A stretch of 64,000 nt of DNA. It comes from Paraspadella gotoi (taxonomy: Eukaryota > Animalia > Chaetognatha). The position numbers and the translations under genes were made by a program. The notes under the pieces are model-generated. The model saw only the letters and a program-made list of their open reading frames with translations. It was not told the DNA's origin and did no database searches. Below, in pieces: positions 14,298 to 26,909 of this stretch. Each line of letters begins with the position of its first letter. The stretch's first letter is position 1. The DNA is taken from NCBI GenBank assembly GCA_051294375.1, contig CM119263.1:25820436-25884435 (forward strand), read 5' to 3'.

Positions 14298-14436
14298 ATG
14301 AAGCTCGTCATTGAAAGGGAGACGGCCCCCGCTGAGTCGATTTTCACATCGGCGATCGAGCTTCGTTTTTACCAGACTTAATTCTCTCTCTCTCTCTCTC
14401 TCTCTCTCGCGTCTCTCTCGTCTCTCTCGTCTCATC

Positions 14437-14473
<37 letters not shown>

Positions 14474-14662
14474 CTCTCCTCTCTCGTCGCGTATCTTATT
14501 TTTTTCCTGCATCGAAGTTATTCGTTGATAGATCGAGTGCAATTTTCTTATTATGTCTAATCCGTCGTCTGTTGTTTGTTCGTTCGTTCCGTTCGTTCCT
14601 TTCGTCTTCTTTCGTTCGTGGAAAAGTCATCTTTATTATCTATTTCTCCTTCTGCTCTCTCT

Positions 14663-14704
<42 letters not shown>

Positions 14705-15277
14705 TCTCTCTCTCTCTCTCGTCCCTACTACTCTATTTGTGAAATAAATTGTCTCGCTGAATTTTGCACAACTGTTTAGCGCCATGAGACTGTGCATGTA
14801 AATTTCGAAACTGTCCCTGATTAAATAAAATAGAGCCCATCGATGGTTGATGAAAAGAATATGTCTTTTTTCTCATCTAAATCAAGCAAGGATAAGAACA
14901 GATTTCAATAAAAAAAAAATGAATAAAACTAATACGATGAGGAGAGAGAGGAAGGAGGAAGAAGAGAGGAGAAGAGAGAGAGAGAGCGCGCATGTCGTCG
15001 GATGGAAAACGACCTGAGCTTTCTCTCCTTTGGGTCAATGTATCCATCAATCCTCTCTGCAATTGGACTCCACATTCATACAACAGAGCGAAGAGCGAGA
15101 GAGTCGAGAGAGGCGCGAGAGGAGCGTGAGAGAGAGAGAAGAGAAGAGAGAGAGAGAACNNNNNNNNNNNNNNNNNNNNNNNNNCTCTTTGGCTCATGTA
15201 TATCATCTCTCTGCAATTGGACTCCAATTCATACAACAGAGCGAAGAGCGAGAGAGCGAGAGAGAGAGAGAGACGAG

Positions 15278-15348
<71 letters not shown>

Positions 15349-15436
15349 GGGTCCTTTCTTGGGCGGAGGGCGAGTTTCCAAGGCGCGCCAACAGCGTTTT
15401 GCTTGCGGCGAGAGAGAAACAAACAGGTGAGAGAGA

Positions 15437-15493
<57 letters not shown>

Positions 15494-16436
15494 TGTTTTA
15501 ATGTTTTGCTTACAAATGCGGAGAAAGAGAGAGAGAGAAAAAAAGTGAAATCTTTCAATAAGAATATTTTTAAACAAAAAACAAATTTTCGTTGGGAAAA
15601 AATTGTTTCCAGAGGAAAAAGGAAAATCCTTTTTCTTTTTCGGTTGACGAGTCGGGAAGGGGAGTGGGGAAGGTGAGTGGGGATGGGAAGTGGAGAGTGG
15701 GGGGGAAGGGCGGTGGAAGGACACAATTAGCTGGACGAAGGCTAAACGGAACGGGCGGTGAATTTTCGGGCCCAAAATGGTTCCATGTGTCGCTTTTTAA
15801 GGTCAAAGGAAAATGGCGAAAACGTGATGAAGTTTGATTGGCGTCTATCGCTTCCTTTCAGTGTTTTAAGTATGTCTAAATTAGGTAATGTTAAATTTAT
15901 TTCCTCATCAATTACATGGACATCGACAACGATATGTTTTTGAGTTGTGATAACGTAATATAATGTCATTTATCGTAATGAGTTTAGTTCGCGGCGACCT
16001 GAGACATTTGTCAAGTAGTCCAGGTACCATCAGTCGCAGTGTTCCCATCCTGCAATGGCACAGTGACACATTGTTCCCGACTTCCCGATCATCCGCGTTA
16101 TCTTCAATTTGTTCAACTCTCAATTAGTGTGGCACTCACATGTTAAAAATACTGTTCTCCGTTTTTGCACTCTACAACGTCGACTTAGACGTCGACGACG
16201 ACGACGACGAGGAAAAAACTCTTTCGATTTACGATCTAATTATTTAAAAAAAAATAAGAAGAAAGAAAAAAGTTAATCGGGTCCCTCGTCGGGTTAATTG
16301 TTTGAACCGAAATTTAAGCTTTTTTTTTTAACGTTTCATTTTTTTTTCATTTGAAAATAATCGTAATTATTACTCAGGAACCTTGGCGCGGCGACAGCAC
16401 CAAACCGAACGCGTTTTGTATTTTGCGTTACTTCTG

Positions 16437-16531
<95 letters not shown>

Positions 16532-16620
16532 ACGGATTGTCGGGTTGTCCGCGTCTATTTTCCGCGAGGCAAATTGATCATTTATCGGTATCACTAATAA
16601 TCCCCACTAGCAATTTCGAA

Positions 16621-16700
<80 letters not shown>

Positions 16701-18075
16701 TCTCTGGTTTGGAATCCCGCAGTTTCTGTTTTTAGAACTTTTTTTTACATAACTAACAAAACCGTTCGGTCCCTCCATCCCTCTGGTATATTAGACCGTT
16801 TAAAAAAATATTCTGTTTGTTAAAGTTTTTTCAAATTTGTTATATTTGTCGTTGCTGCACTCGGCCAAACTCTCTCTTGGCGACTTGGCGAGGTAACAAC
16901 CCAATTTTTTTTGGTTTAATCTTATACTTTTCTAAAGCTAATTTCGGAGTTGGTTAAAAATAGAATTAAAAAAAATAAATAAGACAAGAAAAAAAAGAAG
17001 AGTGTAAAATAGCAGGGACGTTCGGCCTTGACGCCTGAGGCTAAAACGAAATAAAAGTAGAAAAACCAAAATTGGGGAACCGAAAAAAAAAAGAAAAAGA
17101 AGAAAAAAAAAACACACTATCAAAACCAGTTTTTAACGTCGCTCGCATATTATACACACTCTCTATACATTTATTTTGGTAAGATTAAATTAAAACCGTC
17201 CAGAGGAAAAAAAAAAGTGACAGACAATTCTCTCCCGCTCACCGCCCCCCCCCCAGCGAAAACAAAAAATTGAGCTGATGAATCAAGCGGTGGATTAAGT
17301 ACAACAAAAAAAAAAAAAAAAAAAAAAAAGAAAGAAATCCCGGACAGACGGCTAGACTCGATCCTAACCGACGAGAAGGCGTATTTACTTACCTATTCTA
17401 TCGAATTTAAGTGAATGAAAAAAAAAAGGATTCATTTATCATTTATGTCTCGGAGAAATGAATGAACTAAAAATGGAACAGCTGCGCGCGACAGTTTGTA
17501 GAATTTGTGAGATTTATTTTCCTCTAATGACGCAAGACAAAGACGAAAAATAAATAAAACGATTTTTGTGACTGTGTTTCCACTTTCCGCGGCTTAACGG
17601 GCTGGCCACGACCCGCACGAAATGACCCCTTCCTCTTTTCCTCGTCGGTACAATTATATCAGCACGCCCGGGCTCGCTCTGAGGATTCGTCACCGATGCA
17701 TATCGCGCCTCCGCGGCTCGCCCGGGCCCGCACAGTGTCCGCCTTCCGGGAAAACCAGTTTCTCTATTTCCCGCCCCTCCGCCCCCCCTTTTGGTGCCTC
17801 TCCTCCAAGCGCGGAGAGAACGCCCCCCTTCGTGATATTCGAAGCGAAACTCGAGCGCGACTCGAAGGGCCCTCATTAAATCCCCTCGCCAGATCTGGAA
17901 CGGATTCGCTCCGCGCGAACACCGCTTTTTTTTTTCGAGAGGGTCCTCCAGTCCCGGTCCTCCATTCCAGGTCTTCCGGTCCCCGCAAACTCTTTTGTCG
18001 CCCGCAGTGAATGCGAGTTTCGCTTGTTACTAGAAAAATTTTTAAACTGCGCAGTCAAATGCGTGCTCACTACTT

Positions 18076-18645
18076 AGTAAGGCGGGCCAAAATTTAATAT
18101 CTTTTACAATATGAAATAGTTTGCAATACATATATTTTGTCCTTTTCAAACCAAATGGACTTGAATGATGTTAGATTTTGATTAAATTCATTTTCCTCAT
18201 GCATGGAAGCATTTTAATATTTAATAATATATAAGAAATGCTGTAAAATTTTTTTAAGAAATTTAAATTTTAAAAATAGATTTTGATAAAGATTAAAAAG
18301 TTAGATGAAGGTTAGTATTATAAATTTTAAAAATTGTAATAATAAATTGGTTAAAATTTTTATTTAATAAATTTGTTAGTTTTTGTTAATTTTCTTAGAC
18401 AAATTATTAAAATTTTAAAAAGTTGTTATTTAACTTTTTAAGCTTTATCAGAATCTGATAAAAAAATTCAAATTAATAACAAAAAATTTTGACATTATAT
18501 AGACTTTTTATAGTATTTGGATAATATAAAATAGCTTCTATGCGTTTAACTATAAGATAAATCTTAAATTTTTTTATTTTTACAAACTTTAATAAACACA
18601 TTAACAATATTTATACAGTTAGTTTGAAACCTGTTCCGCCTTACT
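18076..18645. mobile_element. AT-rich foldback / MITE-like element (degenerate long inverted repeat)
   Basis: Terminal AGTAAGGCGG (18076-85) pairs with CCGCCTTACT (18636-45). GCATGGAAGC (18201) pairs with GCTTCTATGC (18534). AGATTTTGATAAAGATTAAAAAGTTA (18278) pairs with TAACTTTTTAAGCTTTATCAGAATCT (18431). All three pairs centre on about 18360-18372. Confidence 0.6.
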
Positions 18646-19992
18646 TCTCAGTAGTTCCGTTTCTCGGTTATTCAGAATCATTGTAATTAATGAAAATAGA
18701 TGAAAATCAATGAAAACTAGTATAGGATGAAGACACGTTTACTGTACACGTAATTAGAGCCGGTTTCTCCATGTGCAAACTCATCAAGTTATATGCGCAT
18801 ACTTTTGGCCAGATGCTCGCACATTAGACATAATGCTCAGTTTTTTTTTCGAGTTTTTTACTGTCAAGCTTTATTATTAAGCTGACTTTTTTTTTAATTT
18901 CTGATTCGCTTGGGTTATCATCGCCAATTTTTTTGTGCTCAGGATGCGGGCTGAACTGCGCGGTTCCAAGATCCTTGCCTGACTTTTGCCTGGGCATGCC
19001 TTTGTCTTGCAACTCCTAAGTCTCGCTATGCATTTAATTGACATGCTTTTGTCTTCCCTTGCCTTGCCATTGTCTTATCTTTCTTCACATTTGTGTAGCC
19101 ATGTCTTTATCTTATCTTGCCCTGCCATTCTCGTATATCGCCCTGTTCGGTACGTTAGCGTGGAATATCCTTGGCTGGCAATTTTCCCCCTCTCCTACTA
19201 TTTAAGATCCTTGGGGTTCTGCCACATTTGCAGACCCGGTTTTTTTTTATCCGATCCACGTCCCTAAACGGCGACTCAATCCCCTTATCCGGTCCCCGTA
19301 TTTGGTTCGGGACATATTTTTTTCTCAGCGGCGTAAACCCGTTTCCACGCCAGAAGATCTTAATCATCGAACTTCTGATGCGACGAGATCCGGAGTTGGC
19401 GAATTTTGAGATTTATAATTTCAAGATTCTTATCGTGGAGATTTAAATAAAAAATAAAAAACAAGTTGAGGGGATTTGAGATTTACGACTCAATCTTGTT
19501 GATACCTGAAAACTTTATGAACGTTTCATCTACCTTTCTGGCGACAGTGTCAAGTGGTGGTGGAGTGGCTTTTAATATATATCTCATTTTACTCGAACAC
19601 AAGAAGGTTAAGCGCAAAAATAATTTTTAACATAGACTACGACCGCGTTACTGAATTTCAAAGTGACATAGAGTTTAAGGGATGTAAATAAATGTTTAAC
19701 TTAAATCATAAATTTACAAACGACCCCAATATGTATGAAATTGGTACAACCAATATAAAATATGTGAAAGGTTTTTGTCCGTCTCGTTTGCTTTTTTTCC
19801 GCTTTTTTAATTTATTGTTCTTAACAGCCTCGAGTCGGCGACGGAATTGGTTCGGTTTCCGAGATGGACTCATCTCTCCCCGAGACGTCGCTATGGCGAC
19901 GGTTTTTTTGACGAGGAATTTCACACCCTTTTTCTTCCCCCTCATTCCGACGGTGATGCCCATAAAACCTCGGTGCGGAGATCCCGTGAAAT

Positions 19993-20385
19993 CCGTGACA
20001 TGACGAGTTAGCTCGGTTCACGAAATGACACGAAACCCGATTCAATCAGACATGACATGATATTACATGTCAACCGTGACATGAGTTATCTCGGTGCACG
20101 AAATGACACGAAACCCGATTCAATCAGACATGACATGACATGACATTACATGACAACCGTGACATGAGTTAGCTCGGTTGCACAAAATGACACGAAACCC
20201 GATTCAATCAGACATGACATGACATGGACATTACATGACAACCGTGACATGAGTTAGCTCGGTGCACAAAATGACACGAAACCCGATTCAATCAGACATG
20301 ACATGACATGACATTACATGACAAACCGTGACATGAGTTAGCTCGGTGCACGAAATGACCGAGAAACCCGATTTCAGTCAGATAT
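19993..20385. repeat. About 83-bp minisatellite, 4.7 copies (CCGTGACATGAGTTAGCTCGGTGCACGAAATGACACGAAACCCGATTCAATCAGACATGACATGACATGACATTACATGACAA)
   Basis: Direct reading. There is a partial copy at 20796-20865 and an error-rich copy at about 22117-22520. Confidence 0.92.
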
Positions 20386-20667
20386 CGTCTTCGATTTTTA
20401 GTGATGACCCCCTTTTTTTTAAAAAAAAAGAAAGAAGAGAAAAAAGAATATAAAAAAAAGTTCTGAGAAAGGTTGAGAGAGAGAGAGAGAGAGAGAAGAG
20501 AGAGAGATGAGAGAGAGAGAGAGAGAGAGAGAGAAGAGAGAGAGAGGAAGAAGAAGAAGAAAGAAAAACTGTTCACGCTGAATAAACATTCGCGCGACAA
20601 TATAGAACCAACGGGATGAATCGTCTGGAGACGAATTAGTTTTTTCAACAGATTTTTTTCTCACTCT

Positions 20668-20741
<74 letters not shown>

Positions 20742-21489
20742 TTCCCTGTCCTTTTGAAAAGAAGGATCCCNNNNNNNNNNNNNNNNNNNNNNNNNACATT
20801 ACATGACAACCGTGACATGAGTTAGCTCGGTGCACGAAATGACCCGAAACCCGATTTCAGTCAGATATCGTCTTCGATTTTAGTGATGACCCCCTTTTTT
20901 TTAAAAAAAAGAAAGAAGAGAAAAAAGAATNNNNNNNNNNNNNNNNNNNNNNNNNNNNNNNNNNNNNNNNNNNNNNNNNNNNNNNNNNNNNNNNNNNNNN
21001 NNNNNNNNNNNNNNNNNNNNNNNNNNNNNNNNNNNNNNNNNNNNNNNNNNNNNNNNNNNNNNNNNNNNNNNNNNNNNNNNNNNNNNNNNNNNNNNNNNNN
21101 NNNNNNNNNNNNNNNNNNNNNNNNNNNNNNNNNNNNNNNNNNNNNNNNNNNNNNNNNNNNNNNNNNNNNNNNNNNNNNNNNNNNNNNNNNNNNNNNNNNN
21201 NNNNNNNNNNNNNNNNNNNNNNNNNNNNNNNNNNNNNNNNNNNNNNNNNNNNNNNNNNTCTCTCTCTCTCTTCATTCGTCCCGGGGCACGTCGTACTCCT
21301 TTAATACGGATTAACGGGCCATACAAATAACAAAGATTATATTCGCCAGAGAATGAGAGAGAGAGATAGAAAAAGAGAGCAAAAAAGAAAGAAAAAAGGA
21401 GAAAAAAGAGAAAAAAGAAGAAAGAAAAAAGGAGAAAAAAGAGAAAAAACTGGAAAAAAAAAGAAGAAAAAATAATCATCATTTATTCT

Positions 21490-22900
21490 TCGCACACATA
21501 GAGGTTTAAGCGCAAAAATAATTTTTTAACATAGACCTACGCCGCGTTGAGCGCTGAAGGATTTCAAGTGACATAGAGTTTGGGTGAGCAAAGATCATTA
21601 ATTTAAAATGCAGCATTTCTCAAGGATTATAAAAAAGCAAGAAAATAAAATGGTCGGAACATGATTGGCATTTCGTCGTGGCTGACATGAGCGAATAGAA
21701 TTCTAAAAAAATAATACTAATTTGATGTTTGGGGATTAATGTATTATTAATGTTTCAAAACTTTAAAATCATTCATGCCATTATAACTCAACGACAATAT
21801 AGTATAGCATAATTCAGGTAAACCAATGAGTATAAAGATATAGTAGAGAAAGGTATTTTTGTCTCTGTTTCTTGTTGACCCGTTCTGTGTGTCTCTCCGC
21901 TTTTGTTATTAATTTATTGTTCTTGAACAAGCCTTCGAGTCGGCGAACCGATTTGGTTCGCGTTTAGCCAGCGTAGTGGATACTCATTTTCTACTCCCCA
22001 GCAGACGTCGCGTATTGGCGACGCGTTTTTGACGAGAATTTCACAGCCCTTTTTCATCCCTCATTCGCGACGGTGATGCCCATAAAGACCTCGCGTTGCG
22101 GAGAGATCCCGTGAAATCCGTGACCATGGACGACGTAAGCTCGTCCGTCAGAAATGACACGAAACCCGATTCAATCAGACTGACATGATTATTACTATGT
22201 TCACCGTTGACATCGATTATCTCGGTGCACGAAATCGACACGAAACCCGATTCAATCAGACATTGACATGACATGGACATTACATGACAACCGTGACATG
22301 AGTTAGCTCTGGTGCACAAAATGACACGAAACCCGATTTCTAATCAGCATGACATGACATGACATTACATGACAACCGTGACATAGTTAGCTCGTGCACA
22401 AATATGACACGAAAACCCGATCAATCAGACATGACATGAAATGACATTACATGACAACCTGTGAACATGAGTTAGCTCGGTTGCACGAAATGACCCGAAA
22501 ACCCGAATTTCACGTGCAGATATTTCGTGCTTCTCGAGGTTTCTCTAGGTGATGACCTTTTTATTTAAAAAAAGAATAAGAATAGAAGAAATAAAAAGTA
22601 TATTAAAAAAAAGTTCTGAGAAAGGTGGAGATAAAGGGAGAGGAGAGAGAGAGAACGAGAGGAGAGGAGAGAAGAGAGAGAGACGAGAGAGAAGGAGAGA
22701 GAGAGAAGAGAAGAAGAAGAAGAACAAGAAACGAGATAATGTCACTGGCTGAATAAACATCGCGCCGACAATCATAGAACCAACGGATGGAATTCGTCTG
22801 GAGACGAATTAGTTTTTTGCCAACAGATTTTCTCACTCTCTTTTCTCGGTGTTTCTTCTCGTCTCCTCTCTTCTCTCTCCTTCTCATAGCCAAACTATAC
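21490..22900. repeat. Insertion-rich duplicate of 19596-20770, probable raw long-read fill
   Basis: Colinear with 19596-20770, including the 83-bp array, with many scattered extra bases. Confidence 0.85.
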
Positions 22901-25900
22901 GGGGATCACTCGCATCGACGTCTCTCTCTCTCTCTTCCAGTCGCCAGTGACCAGAGTGGAACAATCACTCGCGTACATCTCAATTATTCTCTCCTGTCAT
23001 TTGAGAGGACCATTTGAGAATCGCCTTGACGACGAGTAGAAGAAAGTACGTTGGCACCACAATATCAGGGGTTATGCTCCGCCCGCTCTCTCGGATGTCC
23101 GTCAGTCGATTTCCTCTCTGCGTCTCCGCTTCGCCGGTCCTCTCTCTCTCTCTGATCTCTGCTGTGTCCTCTGGTTGAAACAAGAGCAGGTGCTCCTGCA
23201 CGATTTTGTGGGTTCGTGCGGGACTCTCGCGTCCAGGACAATCTAGCGTTCATACGTGCTCAATGAATCACTCTCACGTGCACCTTCATTCGTCCGGGGC
23301 CATGTACGTAATCCCATTTAATACGGATATAAATGGGCACTGACAAATACCAAATGTTATCATTAGATCGCCTGAGCGGGAGTGATAAGTATGACACGAG
23401 AGAAGATGAGAAGAAGAAGAGAGTAGAAAGAGAGACAGTCATACAAGAAAGACCAAAGAAAAAAGAAGAAAACAGCCAGAGAGAAAAGAAAGAAGAATAA
23501 AGTGAGAAATAAAGAGAAAAAAGCTGAAAAAAAAGAAGAAGAGAAAAAAGAAGCAGAGGCGTGTGCTGGTTGTTTCTTCTGTAGACAAGACGTTATATAG
23601 ATGTAGGAGAGCGTAACTAAAGATTAATAGGAGAGGACACGGAAGGGGGAGGGGGTGAGGAGTACTTGGTTAGGACGAGGGCACCTCCGATTGTCCCCAC
23701 GAACGGGGAAGACTCATCGAGGGGTGGGAAATTCCATGTGGATGGAATTCTCAGTGGGTCGAGAATGAGGGTGGGGGCACTCCGAGNNNNNNNNNNNNNN
23801 NNNNNNNNNNNCACTCGGACACAGACTTTGGTTCGGACAATGGCTCGGCGCTTGGACGCGATCCGCATCGCCACCCGTTACGCCATATTTGTCCAGTGAC
23901 CGCCTTTTAAAATCCGAGGCGGTTTCAGCCATTCGAAGTTGTCCAAACGATTTCGCGCTCTGGTTGGAATTTTTTGAATGCAATATTTTCGATATCAATC
24001 GGCAACAATTTTCTTTTTTCCCTTCGGTTTTCTGCTCTACGATTCCATTTTTCCTTCCATCCTCCACTTTGTCTGCTTTCTGGCCGCCATCCCGCCCTCG
24101 CTGCCATCCCGCCCTCGCCGCTCCTCTCCGCCATCTCTCGTTGCGGTCTCGTGCGTCATCGACGTCCTTGCGTCCCACGCGCAGTTCCACCCGCGTGGCC
24201 TCACTCCCTCTCTATCGTGTCTCGTCTTCCTCTCTCCCTTTCTCCCCTCCCTCCCCGTTTCCTGCATCCCGCTCGTGCAAAACATTCGTCATGGCGAAAC
24301 TCATTTCCAGACTGTAAACTGTAAAGACGAAGACGAAGAAGATAACGACGAACGAATGTGGTAACGTCCACAAAGATAATGTGGAATGATAAGGACGACA
24401 CTAACAACGATATCGAAAATGAAAATATTTGTCATTACGTATGTTGAAGACAATTTGCCTATTAGGTATAAAATAACTTGAAACAAGTTAAGCTTTATTT
24501 TGGTAAATATCGCGAAGAACAAGTTATCCGAAAAAATAAGTAAAGGGTGATTTACGGTTTCAGTGACAATAAAGACGAAATAACCGTTATTGACGACGAC
24601 GACGACGAATACAACTCACGGGCGATAAAACACTGAAAATTCGGGGATATCAAAGACATTGGGAACAGAAGGGGGCCGGGGTAGGGACAAAGAAAAGAAA
24701 GCCAAAAATGGTGAGCAGAGTGGTTAGGACAATGTTGAATAAAGTAGAGAGGGAAGCATTTAGTATTTGGGACAAAGATAGACTGAGAAGTATGAAAAAG
24801 TGTGTAGTTTTTTAAATAAAGTAAGGAAAACCGGCATACGGTAGTTGAAATAAGAACTAAAGAAATATTCTGATTGCGACAAATTTTAACAAAGAAATAA
24901 AGAACGACATAGAGATAGTGATTTGGGACAAAGCGGCACCGAGAAAGAAAGAAAATGATCGGATACTCGTACGGGACAGAGAAAGCTCGAGGCCTGGAAA
25001 GGAGAGAACGTCAGTGCAGTGGAGCGCGACCGAGGGAGAGCCGAGTTCTTTATGAGCGAGAGAACCGACGTCGCATGGGAATAGGGTNNNNNNNNNNNNN
25101 NNNNNNNNNNNNNNNNNNNNNNNNNNNNNNNNNNNNNNNNNNNNNNNNNNNNNNNNNNNNNNNNNNNNNNNNNNNNNNNNNNNNNNNNNNNNNNNNNNNN
25201 NNNNNNNNNNNNNNNNNNNNNNNNNNNNNNNNNNNNNNNNNNNNNNNNNNNNNNNNNNNNNNNNNNNNNNNNNNNNNNNNNNNNNNNNNNNNNNNNNNNN
25301 NNNNNNNNNNNNNNNNNNNNNNNNNNNNNNNNNNNNNNNNNNNNNNACACGCCATAAAACTCGCGCGTCGTTAGGGGGCGATTTTTGAAATTTTTATCGA
25401 AAAATGATGCGTTATTGACATTTTTGTCGAATAAAGAGTCGGTTTAAGGTCGGTTTTGGGTCGATTTTTTTTTAGTCGGATTTTAGCCAAGTCGATAAAT
25501 TGCAGACTTATTTTTTTTCTTTTATTTTTTTTTCATCCCCGCGTTTCGACCTTCAAGAGTTCGTACTTAATTTTCCTTTTTTTAGCCTTTTTTTTTTCTT
25601 TTTCTGAAAGTAATAAAGAGAAACTTTTTTTGTTTGAATTTTTTTTTCTTACTTCGCGAGTGCGTTTATCCTCGACCCTCGGCCGAACAGATATTATTTT
25701 TTCCAGGGGCGAATATTATTATTTTTTTTGGTCAAGCTTACTTATTATTATCATTACTACTACATAAAAGCCGTCCGGTGTTTATTAATTATAAGGCTCT
25801 TTCGTAAAAAAAGCTAATATCAAAGCTATCTTTAATTCATTTAAATTTTTTTCCCTCGACTTGAACAAAACAAGAAAAAAATCCCCCGTAGAATTGTTTG

Positions 25901-25935
25901 GAAACTTCTCTCTAAAACACACGATTACCTCATTA

Positions 25936-25980
<45 letters not shown>

Positions 25981-26115
25981 AAAAAAGATTAACTCATTTT
26001 ACTTCATCTATTTTACGTGACTGGGATTGAGACTGGACCAGTTACGCTCTCGCAAATTGTATTATCCTAAGGGGGGAGGGAGATAGAGAAAGAGCCAAAT
26101 TATAGTCTGGACTCC

Positions 26116-26170
<55 letters not shown>

Positions 26171-26664
26171 AAGAAAGTAGATAAATAGGCTGGGGGAGGG
26201 AAATAGGAGAGGAAGACAAAAATAACTAAATGAGAAAAGAGCGAGAGAACAGTAGTTAGTTAGAAGTTAGTAACTTGGTATACATAAAGAAAGAATTTTT
26301 TTAAAAATTGATGAATGTTTTTACCACACAGGGTTTAAAAATAAAAATTAGTAAAGAAAAATGTAAAACCAATAACAAAATATGTTATAAAAAGTTCAAA
26401 GCTGACAATTATTACAATTTCATTATGAATCCCAAAAGTTAGTTTCTCAAGTACATAAAGGATGAAGAGGAGGAGAAAGAGAGCGAGAGAGAGAGAGAGA
26501 GAGATAGAGAAAGAAAGAATATCAATGTAAACGGCCGTGCTGATTTATCAGCAAAAAAAAATAAGATACTGACAAATAAAAAACGAATCATAACAGTAAA
26601 AGAAAAAAAAACAGGACTTCGCACCGGGAGTAAGAGAGAAAGCGATATAGAGCAAGAGAGAGCC

Positions 26665-26696
<32 letters not shown>

Positions 26697-26868
26697 TGAA
26701 ATATTATAAGCTTCCAACTCATTTTCTGTGCGAAGAAAAACTAATTAATTCCCCAATTTATGGAGCTCTTAGTTGCTCGTTAATGCCTTCGCCCCTCCGT
26801 CCCTCCGTCCCTGGGTTTGCCAGAACGATAAATACAATTTTATGTTTATGTGAGAGGCTTTTTTTAAA

Positions 26869-26909
<41 letters not shown>

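Noticed and set aside
19993-20385. 83-bp repeat as a repeat-spacer array
   Set aside because: The whole unit is repeated; there is no variable unique spacer.
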